DNA of 64,000 nt from Octopus sinensis (GCF_006345805.1 NC_043001.1:7006001-7070000); one strand, 5' to 3'. Shown: positions 1-12,551, counted from the stretch's first letter. Notes: a model not told the origin generated them from the letters alone. A program made the numbers and translations.

Positions 1-722
1 GTTGTGTGTTTGTATGTGCGTGTATACAGGTGTCTGCGTAAATTATACATTTTATACGTAGATAGATAGATAGATAGATATTAAAACAAAAGTAGGAAGA
101 AAAAATGAAGCGGAAATAAAAGTACAAATGTAGTTAAATGACGTGGCTGTGTGAAAGAAATTTTGTTTCCCAACCACAAAATTCCAAATTCATTCACACC
201 AAAGGGAACCTCTGCAAATATAGCGTCCGGCTGAGTGTGTGTGATTGTCTGTGCGCATATGTGTGCATTGACACACGCGCGGACACAAACTCATTCGCAC
301 ATTCGCATATATATATATATATATATACATGACAAAAACTTATGCATTAAGAAAAGAAACGAACGAAAATATATGAACAACAGACACTCACAATAAATTG
401 TATATGTTGTAAGACGAGATAGACTGGAAATAGTAAAAGAGGCAACGATTTGCACACTGTTGCTCATCTGTGGGTAAAGGAAAATCCTGAAGAAAACAGT
501 ATAAGATGGAAGAGAAATACAGAGGTAGGAAATATAAACAGGGTCAGGAAAAATTAGGTGGGACCGGTTCACGGGCTTTTCCTCTCAATGGGTATATATT
601 TTCCTGCACACACACACACACACACATACCCCCCCCCAACATATATATATATATATATATATACTTTGATACTTTGATACTTTGATAGGTTTCGGCCATT
701 ATTGGCCCAGGCCATGTCTAAC

Positions 723-3700
723 TTAATAGCACCACCTGGTGAAGTCTTTCAAGTCAGAATTTGGCACTATGGCCCACTCAAGTAGAGAGTTATTGTTTAC
801 AGAGACATATCCGAGTGTAGGGGGTTATCCGGGATTTCTTGAAGGAATCTGTCCAAAGACTTCTTGAACCCTATAGGGTCAGTTTCTGTTTTAATGTGTT
901 TTGGTGTAATGTTAAAGAGAGCGGGGCCAATTGAGGTGAAATAATTGTGCCGTATTGTTGTTATGAGATGAGAGTGCGATTTTTGTTTTGGGCGGATGGC
1001 ACGGGGCCCAAGCCTTGGATGTACCTTAAAGGTGATGCCAACATCATTTGGGCAATGCTGATGGAATATTTTCCACATCATGCAGATGATGTGCGCGCTC
1101 ACGCGACGTTGGAGACGAATAGAGATAGAGTTTTAGCTTTTCTAGTCGACCCCAATAGTCGAGGCCTGTCATGCCATCTATCTTTTTTGTGATTGCCCTT
1201 TGAGGTGCTTCAACTTTTATGATACCTTGTATTGTGTGGGGAGACCACAGTGGACAACAGTATTCAAGGTGGGTCGGGCAAAAGTGGAGAAGAGAAGGAT
1301 AATGGTGTGGATATCTCTCGACTGGAAAGTTCTGAGAATCCAGGAACACATTCTGCGGGCCATGTCAACTTTGGTGTTTATATGAGTGGCCCAGCTTACG
1401 TTGTTGTCCACAATTACTCCCAAGTCTCTGATGTTGTTGGACGCCGCGAGAGTTTCACCTGAAGGAAGGGAGTATGGGAGTTTCAGGGCATCCTCTTTTC
1501 CAAAGTGGATTAGCTCAAATTTATCCTCGTTCAGCAGCATATTGTTTTTTTCTGCCCATTGGATAACAGCCAGTAGATCTGACTGAAGGCATGTCCGGTC
1601 ACTCGCCTCATTTATGACCTTCTGTAGCTTGGAGTCATCTGCAAAGATTTTTATGTTGCTGTGCTTGATGATGTCATTAATGTCATTAATGTAAATGATG
1701 AAAAGAAGTGGGCCCAGCACAGTGCCTTGCGGAACGCCACTACTGACTTTGGCTGGGCTTGATTTTACCCCTTCAACTACAACATGTTGAGATCTGTCTG
1801 TCAGGAAACACTTAATCCATTTCAGTAACTTTCCAGAGACACCAATTTGGATAGTTTTTTTCAATAGGATCTTGTGATCGACCCTGTCGAAGGCCTTACT
1901 GAAATCAAGGTAGATGACATCGGTGTTGGAGCCCTCTCCCAAAGCTCTCAAAATGTCCTCAAAGTGATGCAGGAGCTGCGTTAGGCAGTCCCTTCCATTA
2001 CGGAACCCATGTTGGTTGGAGATCAGCCGTCTGTTGCTTTCCAGAAATTGGGTTATTCGAGATCTCACCACCCTCTCAAATACCTTGATGATATGAGAGG
2101 TGAGTGAGATCGGACGGTAATTCACTGCAAGGGACTTGTTTCCCTTTTTGAAAACTGGGACAACAGACTGGGACAGAAGGTTTTTTGGAATATAGCCAGC
2201 ATCCAGTGAGTTTCTCCACAGATTAGCAAGGGGAGATGCAAGTTGGTGTCGACACACCTTCAGGACACAAGCAGGGAACCTATCGGGGCCTACTGCTGAA
2301 TTGTGTTTTATTTCGTTTATCGCCGCTAAGACATCAGGGGCACTAAACGTTATGTCCGATATAGTGTGTTGGGGGTTGACATCACTGATACAGCCCAGAT
2401 CGGCCATATCAGGATTGCTGAAAACAGAGCAGTATTGTTTCTGCAGTATCTCGGCCATGGATTTGGCATTATCTTGGAGAGTGCCAGTTTCGTCAATTAG
2501 AGGGCCTACAGTGGAGACAGTGACCCTGCGTTTCCTCGCAAATGAAAAGAACACTTTGGGGTTGAGTTTGATTTTTTCAATGGCCCACTTCTCCTCAGCT
2601 GATCTTTGGTTATTGATGAGGGTCTTCATGCATTGTTGGAGGTTATATTTTTTGGATTCAAGCAGTGCGATAGCCGTCGAATGTGTGTGTTGCTGTTGGC
2701 AGTACTTTAGTTTGTTAATTTTTTTGTTTGTTCTTTTTATTTTTCTGATAATGGTTTTTCTGTTTTGGGGGATTCTGCACTTTTTGTTCACAGGTCTTGG
2801 TGGGGAGTGTTTTGCACATATGTCTGTGACGGTGTCTACAAAGATCTGCCAAGATGTCTTATGGTTGGTGGAGATGTGTGTATGTGTAAAGGACCAGTCA
2901 ACATTTGATAGCTCGTTCCTGATTGCATCCCAGTTGGCTTTATGGAGATCCATGTTGTCAAATGGGTGGGCTGGAGGAAGGTCACTAGGATTAGCTTTCG
3001 GCTGGTGGAATTTCATGTTACAGAGAACCATGTCATGGTCTGAAAGAAGGGTTTTTTCCACTGTAACGTTATGTATAGTGTTAGTGTGGTTACTAAACAC
3101 TAGGTCCAAAATGTTCTGATGTCTTGTTGGTGCAAGGACAAGTTGGGACAAGAAAAACTCATTCGTAAAGTCGAAAAGTGACTCTGCTGCTTCTTTGTCA
3201 GCGGTTGAGGCGGGAGTGCTTGGTTTCAAACAGTTTGTAGTCCAGTCAACACAGGGTAGATTGAAGTCTCCCATCATGAGTATGTTGCTAGAATGGCACT
3301 GTTGAATAAAGCACTTAATGCTGTTGAGGCATTCTTTAAAGCACAGTATGGGTGTTTGGGGCGGCCTATAGAGCCCAATTACTGTCAGGTCATGGCTTTG
3401 TTGTGCACGGTGACTGATTCACAGTAGCCGTTGGAGAATATACTATTTCCATCTGCCGTAAATGAATCATGCAGGAAAATGGTGCAGTTCCACCCTTCCT
3501 CCTGCCGATACGATCCGCGCGGATGGTTGTGAAATCTTCACTCTCACTTCGGCTTCCAAGTGGGAGTTGTCAAGGTGGGTCTCAGTGAGAATGAAGAAAG
3601 GGATGTGGTGTGAATGGTTACCAACCCAGTCTTCAATGAATTGGACCTTCCATTTTTGTGCATTGATGGAAGGGCTGACACCTTGTGCATTGAGTAGGAA

Positions 3701-3889
3701 TGTGGAGGTTAGTGTAGTGGCTGGTTTTGACTGTTGCAGGGGGCTTGGATTTTTTGTGTGTGTTAGTGGCAGCAATGTGGGGAATTGGTGCACTGGGGTA
3801 ATAGCATAGGATGGTGTTGAGTGATGGTTAGAATGTTTTTGTGTATCTCTTTTGCCATGTTCAACATGGCTAAAAAAGAATTTTCCTGC
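723..3889 (-). CDS. LINE ORF2: apurinic-type endonuclease + reverse transcriptase, interrupted by several 1-bp indels
   Basis: APE motifs LLNAQG, ILTETHL, RRKGG, LYRPP, MGDFN, LDLVFSN, SDHDMV. RT motifs GPD, PVFKKG..NYRPISLTS, QHGFR, YLDFSKAFD, SGVPQGTVLGP, FADD. The C-terminal LEYCCPLWSP and YWGRLEKLKLY are recovered across frames and match the copy at 26.9-27.5 kb. The ORF track fragments 3467-3793, 1217-3277, 1044-1349 and 797-1102 are consecutive pieces. Confidence 0.92.
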
Positions 3890-5005
3890 TTAGGGAGCAG
3901 TTTTTGGCTGGAGGTGTGGTTGCACTGTTGGATAGGGTTGTAGTTTCCACTTTTGTTGTTGTTGTTTTTGTGTCTTCCTGAAAAGACTGGACCAGCATTA
4001 CTGCAGCATGGTGTGTTTCTATTTTTATTGTTATTCAGGTTTGTGTGTTGGCTTGAGGCCCCGTTTCTGTTTGTGCGTCGGGTCCCTGGAAGATGAGTGA
4101 AGGGACAGTCACTCAGTAGACATGTTCTCTCACGTTGGGAATACCGGCAGATTTTGGGACTCCGAGTTGTGTGTGTTTTGAATTTCGATTTACTATTGGG
4201 TGTTGATGTTATTGTGGGATGCGTGCTTTGGCCTTGGCCGGTAGTGCGTCTAGTGCCGGTAGATGCGTGAAGATGCAGTCACTATTGTGCAGAGTCTCTG
4301 GCGCAGTGAATAGCGGCATATTTGGGGATTTCTTGTTTGAGCCGTGGGGGGCGCATTCTGCTTCCTATGTTTCTTTAAGTTTTTGTTACTGCAGTAGTAT
4401 TGAGGTGGTGATGTGGGGGAAGAGGGCAGTGGTTTCTTATTTGGTTTTCTGTCGGTATTTTTGGTGATAGAAGACGATGGTGGCAGCGGTGGTGATGATG
4501 ATGATGATAATTGTGGTGGTTGCTGTGAGAGCGGTGAAAAGATACTGGCATTTAGTGAATCGTCTAGTAAGCTAGAGTTGAGGAGTGGCTGTTGTTGTTC
4601 TTGTTGCTGTGGCTGTTGTTCTTGTTGCTGTGGCTGTTGTTGTTGTTGTTGTGCCTGACCGATGTCAGGGTCAGCCATTGTGCTGGGAACCAGGAGTGGC
4701 TCATTCTGTTGTTGTTGTTGTTGTGGCTGCTGATTTTCTAGCTGTTGTTCTTGAACTGTGAAAATATGTAGAAGCTTTTCATAATGGCCTCTTATCAGTT
4801 TGAAAGATACTTCGATATGTTTCAACTTGCTACGAATCTGTTTGACGGATCGTGTGTTGACCACTTGTGATGTTTTTTCGGCAATCTCATTCAAACACAA
4901 GACATTTAGATTTTCTGTTTGGGAAAGAGAGAGCCATGTGTTTATTAAAACATCAATTTGGTTATCAGACCAATTTCGTCTGTTGCAGGCCTGCAAGTTA
5001 GTCAT
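3763..5005 (-). CDS. LINE ORF1, about 414 aa after restoring two 1-bp deletions near 4260-4285: Myb/SANT-like domain, polyQ and Ser/Pro linker, two CCCH zinc fingers
   Basis: ORF 4250-5005 starts MTNLQACNRRNWSDNQIDVLINTW...NEIAEK...RSVKQIRSKLKHI. Manual translation of the downstream frame gives KICRYSQRERTCLLSDCPFTHLPG (C-x8-C-x4-C-x3-H, 4093-4149) and a frameshifted paralog CRYSLRQRLCT.SDCIFTHLP (4263-4318). It ends ...NSFLAMLNMAKEIHKNIL...PHCCH* at TAA 3765-3763. Confidence 0.75.
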
Positions 5006-5323
5006 GTTTGTTTTTCTTTTCTTTGTTTTCCTTTTGATTTTTGAAAATATATATATTCTTTCTTGGGAGTTAAAGAAGTGTATATATATATAAATGTTCT
5101 CTCTTAAGGGTGTGAGTTTTTGATTATTTGGTTGTTTGAGGATATTAAGAAAAAACAGGTGTATATAACAATTTGTAGTTAAATGAAAACGTACTTACGG
5201 GTTGTAGGCAAACACGTGGTTACAAATATATATATATTTAAGGTCAGTTAGTTTTGAAGCTGTGTAGCTTGCTACTGACTTGGGAGAGAAACAAATAGAC
5301 GTCCGTCCACTCCAACAGTTAAT

Positions 5324-5367
<44 letters not shown>

Positions 5368-5688
5368 CGTGCGTTTGTATCTCTATATTTGTAAATGTAG
5401 AAGGTGATGAAAGTGTCCATGTCATTTATGAAGCACCTTAATCTGGAAACAAGGGTGGAAGAAAGGCCTTTATGTTATAAATGCACAAGACCAGGTGGTG
5501 GCCAAAATCTACAACCCAAACACATCATGTTAGGATTTCAACTGAGGAGGTAAAAATCCGAAGCGTAAACATGTGTTGTAGCAGAACCTCTCCGACGCGC
5601 TGATGGCTCTGCAATGCCGCATATCAACGTTACATGCACATATGTTAGTATGTTTTTATGTGGATGTGTGTATATATGCATACATACA

Positions 5689-5756
<68 letters not shown>

Positions 5757-5770
5757 AATATATATATATA

Positions 5771-5854
<84 letters not shown>

Positions 5855-6282
5855 GGGGAAGAGAGTGTATGTGTGTGTATAATAGAGTTGAGAACTGAAA
5901 TCCTTAGATGGGATGTCAATCATCCAAGTCCGCCCTACATTCCGAGCAAAGAATATTTATAGAAAAATATATATTCAGTATTAGCAAAAACAATATCTAC
6001 AGTGTAAAGAGAGTAAAAAATGCACTAGCCGATATTTAATTCGTGCTCCAGGTTGGTACAGATCCAATATAATACCAAGGAATTGTTTTGTAATGTAAAT
6101 AATTCCAAAGACAACAATTAAAACGTCCTCTGCAAATAAAAAATTGATTCCTCGTCAGGAATTACACATTGGTATGAATAATGAGAACTAAAAAAGTATA
6201 CAAAGACCTTTCTTTGACGGAACTAACAAATAATAATAGAACGAAAAACCACTAGAACGCCAAACTGTTCAAAACCGAAACT

Positions 6283-6353
<71 letters not shown>

Positions 6354-6606
6354 TTGTATATATAGACTCCATGGTTTCATTAGCATTACAATTCACGATC
6401 TGTAAATGCCAAGAAAATTTCAATGAAAGAAAAATTAACTGCAAAAATAATTGGGTTAACTAACTAAAAATTCTTAACTAAAAACCAACATTTTTATCCA
6501 CTAAATATTAATAAAAGTCCTAATTAAAACTTAATAATATGGTAATGTGAAACAAATAAAAATAAAAGAAAACGAAAATGAAAGAAGAAAAACATGCAAT
6601 TCCCTG

Positions 6607-6934
6607 TTTACAAAAATTCCGCCGACAAGTAAAAGTGTAAAACAGAAAAAGAGAAAGAGTGGTATCAGTGAAGGATAGGTTGTTAGATTAATAGCCGTGA
6701 CTGAAAGAGTGAAAGTAATAGCCGTTCGAGAAGGAAGCACGCGGAGTGTATCTTGGGTACAACGTTATTTTCTTTCTCAAACTGTCATTGTTTTCTCTCA
6801 TTCTTTCAGCCACGGCTATTACTCTAACTACCTATCCTTCACTGTATTAATATTTTCTCTCCTCTCCCTTCACTGATACTACTCTTTCTCTTTTTCTGTT
6901 CTACTGTTTTACTTGTAAGTAACGTTTTTGTAAA
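6607..6934. repeat. Imperfect long inverted repeat (foldback/MITE-like), arms about 105 and 137 bp
   Basis: 6607-6711 (TTTACAAAAA...ACAGAAAAAGAGAAAGAGTGGTATCAGTGAAGGATAGGTTGTTAGATTAATAGCCGTGACTGAAAGAGTGA) is the reverse complement of 6798-6934, apart from a roughly 30-bp insertion in the right arm. Confidence 0.8.
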
Positions 6935-7393
6935 TGCAGAATTGTTTTTCTTTTTACTTTTTTCTTTTTCTTTTTCTTTCTATGTATTTTTGTTTATATA
7001 TAAAGACGGAATGTAGAAATACATTACGCAGGGTATATCTTAAACAATTTTACATTATTTACAAATATATCAGTGGCCAGAACATGCAATCAAAATGTTT
7101 TTTTCATAAAAGTAGGGTGTGTAATTGTGAATGAATCATTTCTATCTACATGAATGTTCTTCCAAGGAGAAGAGCGGAATTTCTTTGTTTCCTAACAACG
7201 AAATTCCATTAGAGGACTAAACTTTTATTTTTAATCCAATTTTGAATTTTATGTCATTTCGCCCGCCGACTGCTTTTATTGTGAGGAGTGGTTATAGTGG
7301 CTTTGTAGTGGTTTTGACTGGACATGTAAAATATTTTACAACCCTCTCTGTTATGCCTGTGATTATTCACGATTATATATATGTATATGTTTA

Positions 7394-7460
<67 letters not shown>

Positions 7461-7465
7461 GTATA

Positions 7466-7523
<58 letters not shown>

Positions 7524-7869
7524 TTATTTATCTATTTACAGGTACAGAAGGCTCGTTCCCGATATTTTGGAGAATAAATTTCTAAGGCACCCAAGAAGTT
7601 GAGAGGACCCTTAAGAGTGAATTGTAATAATTCTCCCAAGAACACAGCGCATCATACGGAGCGGAAATGGAAACCAAATTTTTTGATCATGAGCACAAAC
7701 TCCTAATCGTCAAGCAATCACACAACACACACACATCTGCAGAGAGATAAAGAGAGAGAGCGAGAGGGATATACATGTATATATGTGTGCATGTATGTCT
7801 GAACTTGTAGGTGTGTGAGTGAATGTGTGTGTGTTTTTGTGTGTGAGTGTTTTTAAAATTTCTAAATTA

Positions 7870-8067
7870 TTTTAGTGTAGGCACAAGACCCGAAACTATG
7901 GGGAGAGTGCACCAAACGATATGATCGACCCCACTGTGCAACTGGTAGTTAATTTATCGACCCCGAAATGATGGAAGGCAAAATCGACCTCGGTGGAATT
8001 TGTACTCAGAACGTAGTGACAGTCGAAATACAGCTAAGCATTTCGCCCGGCGGGATAACACCTTCAT
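7870..8067 (-). mobile_element. tRNA-derived SINE, family D (my label), with 13-bp target-site duplication
   Basis: Homologous to 61879-62107 (CTGAGT.CAAATTCC..CGAGGTCGA.TTTGCCTT.CATC.TTTCGGGGTCGATAAATTAA). AATTTCTAAATTA is duplicated at 7857-7869 and 8068-8080. Confidence 0.85.
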
Positions 8068-8371
8068 AATTTCTAAATTAATCCAGCTATTTGTAGGTAA
8101 TCAGATGGTAGTGTGCAACTAACTCTGAGTATTTAGCATCATTTGTTCCGTCCGGCTGAGATAGCCGTGCGGTAGGTCGGCATCTGTATGACCAATATTC
8201 GTGGAGCAGGCGAGAGGATGAACATATTTAAGCTCAAGCTATGTATTCCCTTAGTATGTGGCGCAATAAATATATGATGGAATACAAATAAGACATTGTT
8301 TTCTGCATCTATCTCTATATGCAATTTTCTATTTTGAATCATTCTACTTACATTTATCCTTATCATCTGCT

Positions 8372-8453
<82 letters not shown>

Positions 8454-8583
8454 CCATCCATCCGTCTAGCTAGCTAGCTATCTGTGTACCTGTCTGTCTA
8501 TCTATCTATCTACATCTCTCTCCCTCTCTCTCTCTTAATATATATGTGTGTCTAAATATGTATGTCTGACTGTATGAATGTAT

Positions 8584-8635
<52 letters not shown>

Positions 8636-9031
8636 ATATATATAGATATATATATATACATATATATATATATGTATGCTTGGATGCGTGCCTGTTTGTT
8701 GTATACCTCTTGATACCTCTTGTTTTATGGAGTAAGAATTTAAGTGGCATATCCAACACAATTTCTACGCTGAGTAAGTCGACCAACGAAAAGCTTGGTG
8801 GCCCGACCTTTTAACATTTGGAATCATATTATTCAAAGACAGAAGAAAATTATTCACCCTAAGAAAACTCCATTCATGTTAGAGACCCTTAATACTTACG
8901 TTCATTTTATATTTTTCCTAATTTGCAATGGTCACTGAGCGAATCAAACTAAATATTGAATCGTTCTGCGTATCATATTTGCCTTTTACAAGCGATACAT
9001 AAATATATAATAAAAATGGCCAAAACGAACA

Positions 9032-9087
<56 letters not shown>

Positions 9088-10119
9088 TACACACATGCAC
9101 TCATACATAGAAACAGAAACATATCCATTTTCATATGCTTTATATAACTGAAATGCCATCTTTTTTTTCTATCTCTAAGTTCCCTCTTGGGTACGGAACG
9201 TCTTTTTATTTCGTCTATTCATGGAGTTTTCCTACTTATTCACAAACAACAAAATATTGATTCCTTCACTTTACAATAATCCCTGTGTGTCAGTAGTCAA
9301 ATATGTCTAGATATAATAGTATTGCTATCCTTCATGTTTGGAATTAAATAAATTGACCGTCTAGTATTTACAATAGCTAACATCTCTCACAAAGAGAAAT
9401 ATACCTAATCATATGAATAAAAAAAATCGTTGTGTCACAAATATAAAACACATAAACTTCACTTCTCCGGATTATTCGTTTTCCAGATAAATATACATAT
9501 TTCCTGTTTAAGTCAATAAATCTGCCTTGTGAAATATATTTTCTCATGTGATACAAGCCGTTTACAAATGTCTTGGAAAAAGAAATACCGTTGTGGTGGT
9601 TATGCTTCACCAACAAGTTTTATGTTTTAACTTCAACGAGTTCCCAAGAAGAATAGAGACGCCGAACTTTACACTCTAATAATATGTCATAAATTATAAG
9701 CGTTAAATCTAATAGAAGGGATGTAGCGTGCCATAGAGTTTAAAGTTTTCGGTTCATGGTGATAAATTTATCGGATCAAAACCCTCGGCAAACAGAACGA
9801 TGGATCGTAAAGCAAAGCAATTCGTCGCAGTCTGCTTCCAATTTCTATCGGTATTTTAACAACTCCCACCAAATATCACAAGCCTTGATTATCAAGAATA
9901 TCCATACTCCCATCTATTCATGGTAGTATCTGAATTCCCCGGCATTATCAAACTTATTGGGAGAGGTCGTATTTCTTTCGCCTTTGCTTCTTTAAAATAA
10001 TTATATACATACATACATACATGCATATATATATATATATATATATAACGTATTTAACTCCATCTGGTGAGATATATACATGCAAAACATACAAGTGTAT
10101 GTATGTGTAAGTATATATA

Positions 10120-10167
<48 letters not shown>

Positions 10168-11347
10168 GTTGTGTGTGTGTGTGTGTCTGTGTGTGTGTAT
10201 GTATGTGTCGTGAATAAATAGTGATAATATATACAGGCGGGTTCCGTTCAAACGCTCAATCATAATCCAACTACTGGTTAACCACATCGAGGAGTAACGA
10301 AGCGGTACGATTATTTGAGGTAAGCAATCGCAGTGTATTTTTTTCCAATGGCTTTATCAAGGATTACTTTCGTTTTATTCTAAATAGTTTACTAAGTGAA
10401 TAACCAAGGCAATTATAGTAAATATGGAGAGTAGTACGTCAGCATACTTTTTGGGGGTTTTGCAGTCAATTATTCACCATATTTAATTTAAAACTGTACA
10501 ACGTACATTTCTGCTGCATTGGCATCTCACAGTTCCTGTTTCGACCATCTGGTTAAGTGTCTATGCTGCTTATTCAAATTCTAAGCACTGTCATGGTTTG
10601 AAATGAAATAGGAGCATGTTGAAATGCCCACTCTCCTCAACACAAGTTAATAAATTCTCATTTCGTAGGAAATATCACGCTTCAGATATTCTAATTCAAT
10701 ACCAATGCCCAGCATGTTGCAAAAATTACTTTCACATGTATTACTTGCATAGTTATGTGGTTTCGAAGCTGGTCGGAGGAATTTTCACAGAATACTGTTG
10801 TTCCAATTAAAGGAAGTTACCTTTAAAATCTGATCTGAGATTTCCATTCTTCATTGTCCTGTGGTTAAATTAGATTTACCTCATCAGTCAACAAATGAAT
10901 AGCCGTTCGGTATAATTCGTATTATTTCTCTTGTGTGTTTTAGCAGTCTTTCAACATATTTTTTGCACAAACTATTGTATGCGCAATTAATAAAACACCT
11001 GAGATAATACATATTTATTTTCACGAATCTGAATGTGATGTCTCGTAATTTCACGGTATAAATGATGCTTTCTTTGGTCTTCATAACTATATTACTGTTT
11101 CATAGTAAGATTTGTCTAGACTGAACATTTTTATGGATAACCGATATTCAAATGTTCCATCAACACACGAAATATATACATCAGGAGAGTGCCGAGTGTA
11201 TTGAATTATTAATATTTCGATTTCCACAGTAAATAACATATTTATGTTTACATATATATAATATATATATATATTATATATATATAATATATATATATAT
11301 ATAATATATATATATATGTATATATATATGTGTGTATATTAAATATG

Positions 11348-11418
<71 letters not shown>

Positions 11419-11444
11419 GTGTATATATATATATGTATGTATAT

Positions 11445-11521
<77 letters not shown>

Positions 11522-11574
11522 AGTATATATGATTATGTGCGTGCATGTGTCTGTGTGTATGTACGAAGATCAAA

Positions 11575-12551
11575 CCATAACGGAGAAAGCAGAGCAGGTA
11601 CCAAAAACTATAGGCCTCTCTCTCTCTGAATCCACACATCAGCAAATTCATGGAACACAGAGTAAGAAGGAACCTAATCGCAGTCCTTGAAGAAAATAAC
11701 TTGTTGAGTGATACCCAGCAAGTATATCGACCAGGGAGGAGCTGCCTGATCCAGCTCTTGGAATATTATGACTCAACAACTCAAAATATTATGACTCAAA
11801 TGTGACCGTAATATACATTAATTTACCAAACCATTTTGAGAAGGTGGGTCATGGTATGAGACGCCACAAACTGCATGATCTCGGCATAGCTGGAAAACTT
11901 GGAGAGAGGTTATATGATTTTCTGAATGATAGAACTCGTGCAGTACTGCCCAATGGATCCACCTCAATGAAAACACAATGAGTGAGCGGTGTTTCACACG
12001 GCATTGTCTTGGAAATAGTACTTTTCATAGTAGCCCTCTCAGATATACCCTCAATTCCACATATAGCCACCCTTGCTATGATACGAAAAATTCGTAGAAA
12101 ATACGGAACCCAGCGATGTTCCACAACTGCAGCATGAACAATTCGAAGCCCTGTGCTAACAGCGTCCAAAACTAAATATGAAAGTTACAGGGTCCACTGG
12201 TCCACAGAGAATTACAATCTCAGAGCCTAAATCACTGAGGGACCTGGTATCAACTTGAGTGATGATACCTCTTTCCAAGTGCATATTACCAGTATGGCGG
12301 CAAAGTGCAAACGACTGGGTGAGTGGATCTTAATAACATTCAGAACCGGAGAAAAGGAAACCATGATGATCCTCTGGAGATAATTCGTCGTCACCCACCT
12401 GGATTACTGATCCCAGCTATAGTCACTCAACAGTGTAAAATTAAGAGCGGACCTTGAAGCAATCAGGCGAAGCTTCACAATGAAGATCGTCTCATTGCAA
12501 CAGCACAGCTATTGGGAAAGGCTGAAACAGCTAAGACACTACTCCCTGGAG
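11575..12551 (+). mobile_element. Degenerate CR1 RT fragment (second family, CR1-B)
   Basis: Manual translation across stops and frameshifts: [60 protein letters not shown]. Confidence 0.8.

Larger units (their letters stand above)
661..5325 (-). mobile_element. Apparently full-length CR1-clade non-LTR retrotransposon (family CR1-A), about 4.66 kb
   Basis: About 320-nt 5' UTR, then ORF1, ORF2 (APE endonuclease + RT) and a 3' tail of 8-bp tandem repeats, (TATCAAAG)x3 on the minus strand at 661-687. Flanked on both sides by (TA)n (641-660 and 5326 onward). The 5' boundary is taken as the point where unique sequence meets (TA)n. Confidence 0.9.

Noticed and set aside
2301-3119. 272-aa plus-strand ORF, and other antisense ORFs over the LINEs and the mariner
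   Set aside because: Shadow ORFs opposite real coding sequence, with no recognisable motifs.
6120-6170. CUGACGA on the minus strand as another hammerhead
   Set aside because: There is no stem II and no downstream GAAA.
10616-10810. YQCPACCKNYFHMYYLHSY resembling a C2H2 zinc finger
   Set aside because: Both His ligands are missing and there is no tandem finger or linker. Most likely chance.
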